Shown here: positions 28,648 through 40,200 of the stretch, in pieces
Layout of the letters: every line of letters begins with the position of its first letter
How positions within the stretch are numbered: the first letter of the stretch is position 1
Assembly: GCA_963169765.1 (NCBI GenBank)
Contig: CAUJEN010000048.1
Coordinates: forward strand, 1 to 64,000
DNA from: Vulcanimicrobiota bacterium
Lineage (GTDB): Bacteria > Vulcanimicrobiota > Xenobia > Xenobiales > QWHO01
Direction of reading: 5' to 3'
DNA: 64,000 nucleotides
Made by a program: the position numbers and the translations under genes
The notes under the pieces: model-generated
Told to the model about the DNA's origin: nothing
Databases searched by the model: none
What the model saw: only the letters and a program-made list of their open reading frames with translations

Positions 28648-31600
28648 ACCCGACGAAGCCACGACCCTGTTGAGCCTGGGCTTGAGTGCCTCCAGGCTCC
28701 GCCAACTGGCGGCACTGGGTATCGATTCCCTGGAGGCGCTTCTCAGTTACGATCCGCTCGCACTGCGAGCGCGAACCGCCCTCTGGGAGGAGCTGGAGGA
28801 GGCGCTCCGGGACCTCGTCTGCGAGTTCCATCTCGCCACCCGGGTGGTCACCTTCTTGAAGACCAGGCCTCCCGAGCGTCCCCGGGCGCCTCAGTCGCTC
28901 CCCGATCAGGTCGCGCGCGTCCTGTCCAGCGAGGAGCGGCCGATCACGGTGCGCTACCTGCGCGACCGCCTGCGGCTCGACTTCCAGGTCACCAACCTGG
29001 TCGGGCTCGACGCGGTCCTTCGCGAGCACGAGGAAGTGATCGAGTATCCCTTCGGGCACCATCGCTGGCTCGGTCTGAGGGAGTGGGGAGATCGAGGCTG
29101 GCGCCAGGCCGCCACCGCTGCCTGGGTCGTCCTGCCGGTTCACCTGGAGCAGCTCGAGGCCTCCGAAGGCAAGCTGCCGGCCGACGCCATCCGAATCCTG
29201 AGCCAGCTTGCCGAGGAGCAGGGAGATGCTCGAGTTCTCGACCTGCTGTCACGCGTAGGCTCCACGGCCGATCGAGTGGCCGAGGCACCCGCCCCCAGGC
29301 GACAGGTGCTTGCGGAGGCTACCGATCCGCCGCGCCTGTTTGAAGGCCTGCACGCCGGAACCGACCTCAGCCAGTTCGCGGCTCGACTCCTGCGGGAGGT
29401 CGCACTGATTCGAGCGATGGGCATTCTAGAGTGGCCCTTCTCCCTCTGCCAGCTGCGCCTGAGCCAGGGCGATTCCATGATGTTGCGTCTCTGGGCGCGC
29501 CTGCTGAATCGCAGCCGAATCGAACGATGGTCCGAAGGAAACTGGCTGACTCTCGAGGGCCAGTCCTGTCGCGCGCGCGAGGTTCTCGGCTTGGTGTTCT
29601 GGACCCTGGCCTCTGAGGTCGCTCGTCGAGACGCACGCGAAGGGGACGCCTGGGGAGTCGTCATGCGCTGCTTCTCGGAGGAGGCCCAGACCGTCCTCTT
29701 CTCCCAGAAGGGCCCGACGCAGCTGCTGCGCTGGTTGCTCGAGGAAGCGGCGCAGACATTCGGGCTCAGGCAGGTCTTCGGCCAGGAAGGACAGGCCTGG
29801 TACAAGTGCCTGTTCCTGCAATTCGGCTTTACCCGTCAGGGGATCAGCCAGTTGCCCAGCTGGCTGAACTCCGGCACTCAGAACACGGTCGCCGTTCAGT
29901 ATCTGCGCGACAACTCCGCAGAGTTCCGGAACCTCTGGTCCGCGCTCAGCGCCTACCATACCCGGCCGGATCCCGTGCGCCACAAGCAGTTGACCGAGGT
30001 CTTGCGGGCCAGCTCCTTCGTCCTGCCGGACTGGCACGAGTCGATTCTCCTCCAGGCCCGTCGAGCCCGAGCGGAGAGCCCGGAGGGACAGGTCTCGGCC
30101 GGCCAGGCCTGGGTGCGGCTCGACTGGCCGGAAGGCCGGAGCCCGCGCTTTCTGTTGCCGCTGGCGGAGAATCTTCCCGACCTGGAGGAGTCGGGCTACG
30201 AGGTGCTCCTGGACGGGCGTTCGGCCGCCTGCCTGTATCGGCTGCCCGAGGGCTATCGGGCCCAACCGGAGGAGATCGAGCTTCGTCCCACCCTCTCCGA
30301 GGCCAACCTGACGCTGGTCGGCTACGACAGCGAGGAAACCCGTACCGAGGTCATCTCCCTGTGGGATCAGGAGAGCCCGGCTCTCTACTTCAGCCTCGAG
30401 ACCGGGCGCCGCGAGGAGCGACCGACTGGCCGGGCGCTCGCGGTTCTGACGTCGGAGGGCATTGAGCTGGCGGCGGGAGCCGACGAGAGGTTCCCGCTGC
30501 CCAACGGCTGTCAGCTCTGGCGGCTGGGCGCTGGCTGGACCCGCGAGCAGCAACTGCTCCAGGACGGAGACCCGGTTGCCGCTTCGGTGGCGGAGCGAGA
30601 CCCCGCCTGGGCCCAGCAGGTGACCGTCGCCCCGCAAGGGGACTGCGTTCTTCCCGGCGAGGTCACCCTGTGGGTGGCCGGGCTCCCCGAGGGGTGCACC
30701 CTGCGCTCATGCCGGGCCGGACAGCGCCCTTTGAAACTTGTTCCTCAGAATCTCGGTTTTCAGGGCGTCGTCCAGGTCGGCGCCGAGCTGACGAGCGCCC
30801 GCCTCCCCGTGTTTCTGAGCTTGCGTTATCAGAGCCGGAGCGTCCGATTGCGACGAGCGGTGGACCTGCCGGTGACGGGAGTCACGCTTCATGAGGGGGG
30901 CTGCTGGTCGCTTCTCCGAGGTCAGGAGAGCCTGACCGTCCGCCAGTTGCGCGAGGGGGTGCTGCGCTTTTATACCGGCTCCGACCCGCCCGGCGAGCAT
31001 GCCGTGCTGGAGGGTGCGCTGCTGGCCCATCGTCCTCGTGCCGGTTTCCAGAGCCTGGAGGGCCTGGAGGGCTATGGCGCGCCTCTCACCCTGACGCGCG
31101 GTCCCTACAACGCGTCCCACCCCGGGACCCGCCTCGTCTCCAGCCTGGTCAACCAGGGCCGGGTGCGCGCGATGCACCGGAAGGACGAGACGTTCGAGCT
31201 CCATTTCCACAAGCACCTCGAGGGCGGGCCCGAGCATACCCTTCTCTGGTGGGGGCAGGAGGTTCACCGGCTTCCGGCCTCCGACCTCGAGGTGTGCGAA
31301 GGCCCGGTCTGGGAAGGGAGCGTTCCCCCGGACGGGGCGCCGATGAAGGCGGTCGGGTTGAGCATCGCCGGCGAGTGCCGGGGCGCGTGGTGGGAGCCCC
31401 TGAGCGCGGACGACCCCCTGCCCGCGTCCGCCGCCCCCTGGCTCCGGTGGTTCGGCTTTCCGCTTCAGGACGAGCGTTGGAAAGAGTCGGCTCGCGAGCT
31501 CGTTCGCGCTCACCCGGTCGAGACCCTGACCGCCTGGCTCAAGGCGACCGGCCATGAGAATCTCCCCCTGAGGGACCTCTCCCCTGCCTGGCTTCAGGCG

Positions 31601-32191
31601 GTGGGTGAGCTGGTCCGGGGCTGGGCACCCCCGGCCGAGTCCTGCCGGGAGTTGTTGAGCCGGGTCGGCTGCCAGCCCCTGCTGGACGTCAGTCCCTTCT
31701 TTCTCTATCGCGTGGTGCGCAAGGCCGGGGTAGATCGCGAAGGGGTGCTCCTCGAGCTGGCCGAGGCCGAACATTTCGGGCAGTTGGCCCGGCAGGCCGA
31801 CCTCTGGCTGCGCCAAGCGGTGAACGAGATGAGGGTGGACGATCGGTTCGCGCGGCTCCTCGGGGAGAAGGTCCGGGATCTGTTCTTGTCCGACAAACAG
31901 CCCGATGCTCGCCAGCTCCAGAATATCGAGCTGGCCTGCAGCCGGCCGGCGTATCGCCGCTGGATGGCCGTGCAATTACTGACTGGAGGAAGGCTGGATG
32001 GCACGACTGCAAGCACTGGACCTCTCCCGCCTGCTGCGCGCGAGGGTGCTCGCGTTCACGGAGAGCGACGGGTTCCTGAGGGACCCGGAGCTCCGTCGCC
32101 TGGCTCTAAGCCTGTGGGCGGACAGGCCGGAGCGGGGCGGCCTCGTGTCCGACTTGTGGATCGAAGGGACCGTCCCCCACAAACTGAGTGA
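28583..32191 (+). CDS. Large (~1200 aa) protein with N-terminal tandem helix-hairpin-helix motifs; no recognisable catalytic domain
   Basis: LGLSASRLRQLAALGIDSLEALLSYDPLALR (HhH-like); long protein-like ORF; 5' end overlaps upstream gene by 64 bp (alt TTG start ~28668) and 3' end overlaps helicase start by 194 bp with a low-complexity tail. Confidence 0.55.
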   Translation: MSRPEKPFSPWPTRRSEKRLAEPDEATTLLSLGLSASRLRQLAALGIDSLEALLSYDPLALRARTALWEELEEALRDLVCEFHLATRVVTFLKTRPPERPRAPQSLPDQVARVLSSEERPITVRYLRDRLRLDFQVTNLVGLDAVLREHEEVIEYPFGHHRWLGLREWGDRGWRQAATAAWVVLPVHLEQLEASEGKLPADAIRILSQLAEEQGDARVLDLLSRVGSTADRVAEAPAPRRQVLAEATDPPRLFEGLHAGTDLSQFAARLLREVALIRAMGILEWPFSLCQLRLSQGDSMMLRLWARLLNRSRIERWSEGNWLTLEGQSCRAREVLGLVFWTLASEVARRDAREGDAWGVVMRCFSEEAQTVLFSQKGPTQLLRWLLEEAAQTFGLRQVFGQEGQAWYKCLFLQFGFTRQGISQLPSWLNSGTQNTVAVQYLRDNSAEFRNLWSALSAYHTRPDPVRHKQLTEVLRASSFVLPDWHESILLQARRARAESPEGQVSAGQAWVRLDWPEGRSPRFLLPLAENLPDLEESGYEVLLDGRSAACLYRLPEGYRAQPEEIELRPTLSEANLTLVGYDSEETRTEVISLWDQESPALYFSLETGRREERPTGRALAVLTSEGIELAAGADERFPLPNGCQLWRLGAGWTREQQLLQDGDPVAASVAERDPAWAQQVTVAPQGDCVLPGEVTLWVAGLPEGCTLRSCRAGQRPLKLVPQNLGFQGVVQVGAELTSARLPVFLSLRYQSRSVRLRRAVDLPVTGVTLHEGGCWSLLRGQESLTVRQLREGVLRFYTGSDPPGEHAVLEGALLAHRPRAGFQSLEGLEGYGAPLTLTRGPYNASHPGTRLVSSLVNQGRVRAMHRKDETFELHFHKHLEGGPEHTLLWWGQEVHRLPASDLEVCEGPVWEGSVPPDGAPMKAVGLSIAGECRGAWWEPLSADDPLPASAAPWLRWFGFPLQDERWKESARELVRAHPVETLTAWLKATGHENLPLRDLSPAWLQAVGELVRGWAPPAESCRELLSRVGCQPLLDVSPFFLYRVVRKAGVDREGVLLELAEAEHFGQLARQADLWLRQAVNEMRVDDRFARLLGEKVRDLFLSDKQPDARQLQNIELACSRPAYRRWMAVQLLTGGRLDGTTASTGPLPPAAREGARVHGERRVPEGPGAPSPGSKPVGGQAGAGRPRVRLVDRRDRPPQTE

Positions 32192-35100
32192 GCATGACCT
32201 CGGAGGGCTGGCTCGGGAGGGCGAGTTCCCGCTCCGATTGGCCGAGCACCTGGGCCGTCGCGGCATCTTCCCTCCGGGCCAGAAGCTGTATTCCCATCAG
32301 GAGGAAAGCCTGCGGGCCTCAAACCAGACCGGGGCCCGGCCCGCGGTGATCGTGACCGCGGGAACGGGCGGAGGAAAGACTGAAGCTTTTCTGTTTCCGA
32401 TGTTGCAGGCCATCGAGGACGCGCCCCGCCAGCCGTTCGGAGGGGTCCAGGCGCTCATCCTGTATCCGATGAATGCCCTGGTGAACGATCAGGTGGATCG
32501 CCTCACCAACTGGCTGGCGGGACAAAAGCATGTGCGCTTTGCGCACTTTACCTCCGACACCCCGGAGGACTGGGCCCACGCGGGAAGGATGGGAGTGCCC
32601 GAATGGGATGAGTCGCGCTGTCGAACCCGGCGCCAGGCCCGCGGCCTGGAGACGCACAAAGGAAAGAAGATCGATGACCCCGCGGAACGTCTGAGCGTTC
32701 CGAACATCTTGATCACGAACTACTCCATGCTCGAATACATGCTGGCCCGGCCTCAGGACCGGGTCTTCTTCGGGAGCGACCTGCAGGTCGTGGTCCTGGA
32801 TGAGGCCCATCTCTACACCGGTACTCTGGCGGCCGAGCTGACCTTGCTCCTGCGGCGAACGCTCGAGCGTTGCGGCAAGCGCGCAGAGGACGTCCTGCAC
32901 CTGGCGACCTCCGCCACCATCGGAACGGGCGCGGACGAGGAATTGCTCGAGTTTACCTCCGTGCTCTTTTCGAAGCCTCGCTGGCTGGTCAAGCTCCTGA
33001 GGGGTGTCCCGGCCGAGCCTGACTGGCCGGCGCCCCGTGCTCCCCGGGTCGAGCCGAGCGCAGACTCGTTTCTGGACGCCGACCGTAACGAGCTCAGCCT
33101 GCGAGCCACCACCATCCGACTGCTGGCCCGCCAGGACCGCCAGGAGGAAGAGCTGGTCGTGGACGAGCGGGAATGCCGACAACTGGCCCCGCTCCTGGCC
33201 ACCCTGGTGGAGGAGGAAACCGTGCAGCAAAGCCTGCGCGACTGCCAGGGACAGGTGGCCGGCTTCCTCTACGGCTGCCTGCGGCATGCGCCCGTCATGC
33301 AGCGGCTCGATCAGCTCCTGCGCGGCCGGCGATTCCAGACCGTCCCCCAACTCTCCCACGCGCTGCTCGGCCAGGACGATGCTCGGGGTCAGGAGGTCGC
33401 CTTACGCCTCCTGTCCCTCGGCTCCGCGGCTCGCCTTCACCTCAAAGAGCTGCCCCTGCTTCCCCATCGGCTGCATCTCATGGTGAGGCCTGCCAGCGGG
33501 CTCTCGGTCTGTTTGAGCTCGAGCTGCTCGGGGCCGCGCTGGGCGCCCTTCGGATGCCTGCAGGATGGCAATCGTGACGTCTGCGAGCACTGCGGACATC
33601 TCGTGCTCAGCCTGCTGCGCTGCTCCAACTGCGGAGAGGCGGCTCTGGGAGCGGACCGGGCCGGAGGGAAAGTCGTGGCGCACCAGCCCAGAGGCTTCAA
33701 GCCGCGCGCCGCCGAGCTGGTTCTCTGTCAGTCCGGCCGCCAGGGCACGCCATACCATCTCGACGCGCTGAAGGGCCGTCCTGTCGGGCCCGGGATGGGA
33801 ACGGAGCTCACCCTCGTGGAGGAGTGCCCCAACTGCGGGGATGAGCTGGACGCTTTTCGCGCCGTGGCCACTCCGGGCGGCTTCTTCCAGTCCATCGTGG
33901 CCGAGACCCTGCTGGCGGGAGTTCCCCCTCTCGTCGGCGAGCATCCTCCCCACATCCTCCCCGCGGAAGGCAGGCGGCTCCTGGCCTTCAGCGACAGCCG
34001 GGCCGAGGCCGCGCGGCTGGGTCCGCGCCTTCGGGTCCAGCACGAGCAGCAGGTCGTCCGCGCGGCCCTGGTGGACCTGCTTCGAGAGGGCGGCGGAGCC
34101 GACCCGGCGGTCATCGCCTACCGGCGCGCGCAGCTGGCCGACCTGCAGAAGAAGCTCACCCCCGAGCTTCCGGAGACCCTGGCCCGCGAGATTCGCGCCG
34201 ACATGGGCCGGGTCGAGGCGGAGTTGCTGGCCCTGGAGCAGGGCGGCACCATCGCGGACTGGGGGCGCAAGCTGGGAGAGCATAAGCTGCTCGAGCAGCT
34301 GCTCGACTTCGAGGGTGGCGAGCGCCACCAGTGGAAGGAGTGGAGCCAGCGGGTCTGGGCCGCCAATCACGCTCGGGTCAGGCTGCAGGCCGAGATGCGG
34401 CTGGGTAACGAGCTGGCGGCTCCCAACCGGCGGAGGTTCAACAACCTCGAGACCATCGGGTGGGCCGAGATCACTTATCCGGGCCTGGACCTCCTCGGCC
34501 CTCCGGAAGGCTTCCTGGGCGAGCTGCCCCGACGAGCGCGCCAGAGCCTGGCCCCGGCCTGGACCGAGCTGCTGGCAGCCTTGCTCGATTGCCTGCGCGG
34601 GGAGTTCGCGATCACTCTGGGCTCGCGCGAGCGCGATCTGCTGTGGCGCCCGGGCGACGTCCCCTACGGGCAGTGGTTCGAGCGGCCTCGCTTCATCGGC
34701 AAGCAAAGGCGCCAGCGCCTCCGCCGGTTCTTGCGAGCCGTGCTGGTCCAGGCAGGAATGGACGGAGACGAGGCCGAGAAGACGGCACCGGAGGTGCTGG
34801 CCGTGATCTTCGACCAGCTGGCGGGCAGGGCCCGCGACCGTCTCAAGAGCGAGGCCGGGTCCGGCCAGCTGCCCTGGCTCGAGGTTTACGCGGGCTACGT
34901 GACCGAGAAGGACGGAGTGACAACCGCCCTGCGCCTGCGCTTCCCCGAGTTGGGCCTGCGCCGGCCCACCCGCCTGTACCGCTGCCAGGTCAACGGGCGC
35001 GTCTGGCCCCGCTCGGTGCTGGGTTGCTCGCCGGACCCGGGCTCGGAGGTCACTCTCGAGGAGATCGCCCCGGAGGAGCTGGACCGCACGCCTCCCTTCA

Positions 35101-37199
35101 GCCGTGCTCGCCTGGAGTACGCGCAGAGTCCGGTTTTCCGCATCGGATTGTGGGCCGAGGAGCACAGCGCCCAGCTCTCTCCGGCGGAGGGGCGCCGCCT
35201 GCAAGAGCTCTTTCGGGCCGGCCTGCGGAATCTGCTCTCGGCCACCACCACCATGGAGCTCGGCATCGACATCGGGGGTCTCTCGGCGGCCTTTCTCTCC
35301 AACGTCCCGCCGGGCAAAGCGAACTACCTCCAGCGTGCCGGCCGCGTGGGACGCCGGGCGGACGGCAGCTCGATCGTCGTGACGGGCGCCCGCACGCTGC
35401 CGTATGACCGGGAGGTCTTTCAGCGCATGGGGGACTTCTTCGGGCGCAGCCTGCGCAAGCCCCAGGTCTTTCTCGACCGCATCCGGGTGGTCACCCGGCA
35501 CCTGCACGCCTGGCTCATGGGCGCCTTCTTCGGCCAGCTTTACCGGCCGACCCACCAGGTGGGCGCCATGCGTGCCTTCGGTCAGATGGGCTCCTTCTGC
35601 GGGAGGGCCGTGCCCGACCGGGTGGACAGGCACGCTCGGCCGCGTCCCGAGCTGATTCCGAGACCCCGCGCCGTGGTCGAAGGCGAGTTCATTCCCCCCG
35701 TCTGGTGGGACCAGTCCGCCGAGCAGCCCGAGGATGGCCTGGTGGTGCAGTTTCGGCGTTTCACGGCTTACGTGCGCGGGCCGGGCCGGGGGCAGCTCCA
35801 GCCGCTCTTGACCGAGCTCTTTCGAGGCACCGTCCTGAATCTCGAGTCAGCCTGGGACGCGACTCTCCAGGCAGCCGAGGACCAGTTCGCCAAAATCACC
35901 TCCGATTGGCTGCGCGAGTATGATCAGCTCGTCGGCAGCTGGCTGGCGGCCGAGGACGCCCGTCTGGCCAACTCGCTGCGCTACCAGTTGGGCTCCCTGG
36001 CCGGGGTCACGGTCATCGAGGCGCTGGCGGACGCCCAGTTCCTGCCTCGCTACGGGTTCCCCATCGGGCTCCTGCGGTTGAGGGTCGTGCTGGACGATCA
36101 GGACCTTCGCGAGCAGCGCGAGGAGGACCGTTACCGCCTGGAGCGCCCGGGCCTCCTGGCCCTCAGGGAGTATGTGCCGGGCAGCGAGATCCTGGTGGGC
36201 GGTCGGCTGATCACCAGCCGGGGCCTCCTCAAGCACTGGACCGGAGAGAACCTGGACGAGGCGTTCGGCCTGCAGATCCTGGCCCGGGAATGCCGTTTCA
36301 ATCACTTCTACTACACGACCGGCCGCGACCTGGGCCCCTGCCCCATTTGCGCGGACCCGCCCGAGACCCGCATCCGAACCCTGTTGCTGCCCCGGCACGG
36401 GTTCAGCACGGCCAAATGGGATCCGCCCCAGCAGGCTGCGCAGGCCAGTAGGGTGGGCTCGGTGGAGCGGGCCACCATCACGTTCCAGAAGGACGAGCAA
36501 GAGCTTCAGGACCAGAATTTCGGCGCCATCCCGGGTCTGGTGGCGCGCTACGCCTCCGAGGGGGAGATCCTGGTCTACAACCAGGGTGCCCACGAGTGCG
36601 GCTTCGCCATCTGCACCCGGTGCGGCTTTGCCGACAGCGAGAAGAAGCTGGGCCAGCAGGCCATGCACCTCCCGAAAGGGTTTGCCGATCACCTGCCTCT
36701 TCATCAAAAGGACGGGCCGCGGTGCTGGAAGGACGATCAGGTCACCGTCCTGCGCAATCGCGACCTGGCCGCCCGGCAGACGACCGACGTGCTCTTGCTG
36801 GACTGGTCGCGCGTCCTGGGCCGTGAGCTGCGCGACGAGATCCTGGTCCTGACCCTGACCGTGGCCCTGCAGCTGGCGGGTGCACGGCTGCTGGAGCTGG
36901 ACTCGCGGGAGCTGGGCTCGATGGTCGTTCCCCTGCGCCCCGACGAGTGGGGCGGGGTCGTGTACGACAACGTTCCCGGAGGCGCGGGGCACGTGCTCGA
37001 GCTCTACCGGCTCGGCTCCGCCTGGCTGCGCGAGGCCGAACGGCTCCTGTTCGTCAGTCCCGAGCATGACCAGCGCTGCAACAGCGCCTGCCTCGACTGC
37101 CTGATGAGTATCGACGCCCAGATTCTCCTGACCGAGGCGCGGCTCGAGCGCCGTCGGGCTCTCGGGGCCCTGCGCTCGGCTCTGGGAGCGGCCGTGTAA
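31998..37199 (+). CDS. SF2 DEAH-box helicase with C-terminal DUF1998/MrfA-type zinc-binding module (DruE / Lhr / BrxHI / DrmA+B-like)
   Basis: Motif I AVIVTAGTGGGKTEAF, Ia ILYPMNALVNDQ, II VVLDEAHLY, V-VI LSATTTMELGIDIGG...YLQRAGRVGRR; Cys clusters CPNCGDELD, CEHCGH...CSNCGE, CPICADP, CTRCGFAD; ATG 31998 with GGAGGA RBS. Confidence 0.85.
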   Translation: MARLQALDLSRLLRARVLAFTESDGFLRDPELRRLALSLWADRPERGGLVSDLWIEGTVPHKLSEHDLGGLAREGEFPLRLAEHLGRRGIFPPGQKLYSHQEESLRASNQTGARPAVIVTAGTGGGKTEAFLFPMLQAIEDAPRQPFGGVQALILYPMNALVNDQVDRLTNWLAGQKHVRFAHFTSDTPEDWAHAGRMGVPEWDESRCRTRRQARGLETHKGKKIDDPAERLSVPNILITNYSMLEYMLARPQDRVFFGSDLQVVVLDEAHLYTGTLAAELTLLLRRTLERCGKRAEDVLHLATSATIGTGADEELLEFTSVLFSKPRWLVKLLRGVPAEPDWPAPRAPRVEPSADSFLDADRNELSLRATTIRLLARQDRQEEELVVDERECRQLAPLLATLVEEETVQQSLRDCQGQVAGFLYGCLRHAPVMQRLDQLLRGRRFQTVPQLSHALLGQDDARGQEVALRLLSLGSAARLHLKELPLLPHRLHLMVRPASGLSVCLSSSCSGPRWAPFGCLQDGNRDVCEHCGHLVLSLLRCSNCGEAALGADRAGGKVVAHQPRGFKPRAAELVLCQSGRQGTPYHLDALKGRPVGPGMGTELTLVEECPNCGDELDAFRAVATPGGFFQSIVAETLLAGVPPLVGEHPPHILPAEGRRLLAFSDSRAEAARLGPRLRVQHEQQVVRAALVDLLREGGGADPAVIAYRRAQLADLQKKLTPELPETLAREIRADMGRVEAELLALEQGGTIADWGRKLGEHKLLEQLLDFEGGERHQWKEWSQRVWAANHARVRLQAEMRLGNELAAPNRRRFNNLETIGWAEITYPGLDLLGPPEGFLGELPRRARQSLAPAWTELLAALLDCLRGEFAITLGSRERDLLWRPGDVPYGQWFERPRFIGKQRRQRLRRFLRAVLVQAGMDGDEAEKTAPEVLAVIFDQLAGRARDRLKSEAGSGQLPWLEVYAGYVTEKDGVTTALRLRFPELGLRRPTRLYRCQVNGRVWPRSVLGCSPDPGSEVTLEEIAPEELDRTPPFSRARLEYAQSPVFRIGLWAEEHSAQLSPAEGRRLQELFRAGLRNLLSATTTMELGIDIGGLSAAFLSNVPPGKANYLQRAGRVGRRADGSSIVVTGARTLPYDREVFQRMGDFFGRSLRKPQVFLDRIRVVTRHLHAWLMGAFFGQLYRPTHQVGAMRAFGQMGSFCGRAVPDRVDRHARPRPELIPRPRAVVEGEFIPPVWWDQSAEQPEDGLVVQFRRFTAYVRGPGRGQLQPLLTELFRGTVLNLESAWDATLQAAEDQFAKITSDWLREYDQLVGSWLAAEDARLANSLRYQLGSLAGVTVIEALADAQFLPRYGFPIGLLRLRVVLDDQDLREQREEDRYRLERPGLLALREYVPGSEILVGGRLITSRGLLKHWTGENLDEAFGLQILARECRFNHFYYTTGRDLGPCPICADPPETRIRTLLLPRHGFSTAKWDPPQQAAQASRVGSVERATITFQKDEQELQDQNFGAIPGLVARYASEGEILVYNQGAHECGFAICTRCGFADSEKKLGQQAMHLPKGFADHLPLHQKDGPRCWKDDQVTVLRNRDLAARQTTDVLLLDWSRVLGRELRDEILVLTLTVALQLAGARLLELDSRELGSMVVPLRPDEWGGVVYDNVPGGAGHVLELYRLGSAWLREAERLLFVSPEHDQRCNSACLDCLMSIDAQILLTEARLERRRALGALRSALGAAV

Positions 37200-37226
37200 T
37201 GCGAAACGAGCTCTTGGAGGGATCTT

Positions 37227-40200
37227 ATGCCGCTTGACGGCCAGCACTGGAAAGCCATCTCGCCCAGCCAGTTCCCCTGGGAGGAAGAGGCCCTGGCCTG
37301 GTTGCGCCGCATTCTGGATCGGCCCTGGGCCCTGCGCGGCTGGTCCAACTTCGAGGTGGTGGATGGGCAGGGGCGCCGCTATGAGATCGACGCGCTGGTC
37401 CTGACCGTGCACGGGCTCTTCCTGGTCGAGATCAAGTCTTACTCGGGGCAGGTGCTGGCCGACCCCTACCAGCTCATCCGGCGCCAGGGGCAGGGAGCGC
37501 CCTTCGTGGAGACCAATCCGCTGTCTCTCACCAACCACAAGTGCCGCGTGCTGCGCTCGGCCCTGGGGCGCAACATCCCCCGCCTCGAGGCCGTGCTCTT
37601 TCTGAGCCACCCGGAGGTGCACCTCACGGTCAAGCCGGGCATCCCGCAGCACATCTACACGCGCAACACCCTGCCGGCTTTCCTTCGGAGCGCCGGTCGG
37701 CCGGTGATCGACAGCGCCACCGAGGCCCGAGTCGTGCAGGCCATGAAAGACAGCGGGATCAGCACGCAGACCCGGCGCAGCGTATTCGTGGGCGAGTACG
37801 TGCTGCAGACTCTGCTGGGCGAGGGCCCCGACTGGCAGGACTTTCTGGGCAAGCACCGCTCGATGGACCACGTGCGGCGCGTGCGGGCTTTCTCGGCCCG
37901 CCTCGAGGACCGGGAGGCTCGCGAGCGCGCCAAGCGCGCCGCCCAGCGAGAGTTCCGCCTGCTCGAGTGGATCAACCACGACGGGGTTCTCAAGCCCATC
38001 GACTACAAGGAGCACGAGCTGGGCCACTGCCTGATCTATCCCTTCTACCCGGACGCCGCCCGGCTGGACCACTTTTTGGCCACCCCCGAGCTGGGCGAGC
38101 GTCAGGGCCGGGCCCAACGTTTGAAGCTCTGGCGCCAGCTGGCCGACATCCTCAGGTATGCCCACGAGCGCAAGCTTTACCATCGCGCCCTGGCGCCCCA
38201 GAATGTGCTGATCCTGAGCCCGTCCACCGAGAGCCTGCGTCCTCTCATCATGAACTGGCAGACGGCCCGCGCCTCGGACCAGACCACCGGCACCGTGCAC
38301 CTCCAGGACCTGGTGGAAGACCAGACCACGGCCTACATGGCTCCCGAGGCCATGCTGTATCCGGAGAGCGCCGCCGAGCAGGCCGACCTCTTCTCGCTCG
38401 GTTGCCTCGGCTACTTCATCCTGAGCGGGCAGCCCCCGGCCAGCACGCAGGTCGAGCTGCAGACCCGGCTTCAGGAGTACCCTGGGCTCCGCCTCACGTC
38501 CGTGCTCGACGGCGTGCTGCCCGAGCTGGCGGAGCTGGTGGAGCGCTGCACGCATCCCGACCTGTCCGAGCGGCTGGATTCCGTGCCCGAGTTCCTGAGC
38601 CGGCTCGCCCGCGTGGAGGCGCTTCTGGCCGGCGAGCTGGAGCCCGCGGCCGAGGAGATCGATCCGGCCCGGGCCCAGCCCGGCGATCCCCTGGTGGGAG
38701 GTCTCCTCTTCCAGAAGCCCCTGGGCCAGGGCGGGGTGGCGGTCGCCTACCAGGTGCAGCGGGGCAACGAGACCCTGGTTCTCAAGGTGGCCCTGAAGGC
38801 CGAGAGCAACCAGCTGCTGGAGGACGAGGCGGAGGTGCTGGCCCGGCTCAACGACCGCCAAGTGGTGCAGCTTCGCCAGACCCTCAAGGTCTCCGACCGC
38901 CGCGCCCTGCTCTTGAGCTTCGCGGGTCCCGAGACCCTGGCCGAGCGTCTGCGCCGGGAGGGCCCGCTGCAGCTCGAGCTGTTGAGCCGTTTCGGAGACG
39001 ACCTGCTGCGCCTGGTCGAGGTGCTCGAGAAAGCGGGAGTCCATCACCGCGACCTCAAGCCGGCCAACCTCGGCGTTCTTCCGATGGGGGAGAACAACGA
39101 GCTGCGGCTGGTGCTCTTCGATTTCTCGCTCTCCCGGGTTCCCGTGGACCGGCTGGAGGTGGGCACGCGTGATTACCTGGACCCGTTCCTCAGCCTGCGC
39201 CGACCCCCTCGCTGGGATCTCTCCGCCGAGCGTTATGCCGCCGCACTGACCCTTTACGAGATGGCGACCGGCGTGCTGCCCCGCTGGGGTGACGGACAGA
39301 CCAACCCGGCCGTGGTGGCCTGCAAGCTGGTCCTGGAGGAGGAGCGCTTCCCCCCGGAGCTGCGGGCCAGCCTGGGTGGGTTCTTCCGGCGCGCCCTGGC
39401 TCGCGACGCCAGCCAGCGTTTCGACAATGCCGAGGAGCTGCGCACGGCCTTCCGCCAGGCGCTGGAGAGCCGCCAGGCGGAGGACCAGATCGGGGCCGAG
39501 CGTACGGACTGGAGCCAGGTCGCCGCCGCCACGCCGGTCACCGAGCTGGGCCTCAGCCCTGCGGGGGTTCAGGCTCTGGACCGGATGGGCATCCTGCGGG
39601 CCGGCGACCTCGTGGCCCTGACCCGGGCACGGCTCACGCGCGAGCGAGGGTTGGGCAGCCGGACCCGCCGCGAGCTTCTGGCCGTTCGGGATCGGCTGCT
39701 CGAGCTGCTCGGTCAGCCCGAGCCGGAGGTGGCTCCGGGGCAAGGGCTGGAAGGCCTGCTGGCGTTTCTCGAGCGCGCTGCCGACCCCGGCGAGCAGGCG
39801 CTGGCCCGCGTGTTTCTCCAGCCCGACCTCCACTGGCCTACGCTGCAGGAGCTGGCCCAGGCTCTGCGCGCCGGCCCCAACGAGCTGCGCCGGCAGATGC
39901 CCCGGTTGCGGCGGACCTGGCAGGAGGTCGAGGAGCTGTCTCCGGTCCTCGATCAGGTGGCCGAGCTGCTGGCGGGGCTCGGTGGCGTGGCTGTGGCCGA
40001 GGACGTGGTGCGGGCCCTTCTCATCGCGCGCGGCTCGACCTCCAACCAGCCGTCGGAGCGCCAGGGACGCGCCCGCGCCCTGCTGCGCGCCGCGCTCGAG
40101 CTCGAGGGCCTGAGCGAGACACCCCGGTTCTTCCATCAGCGGATGGAGGGCGACCGTCACCTGGTGGCCGCCCAGAACGCGCTGGTGCCCTATGCCCTGC

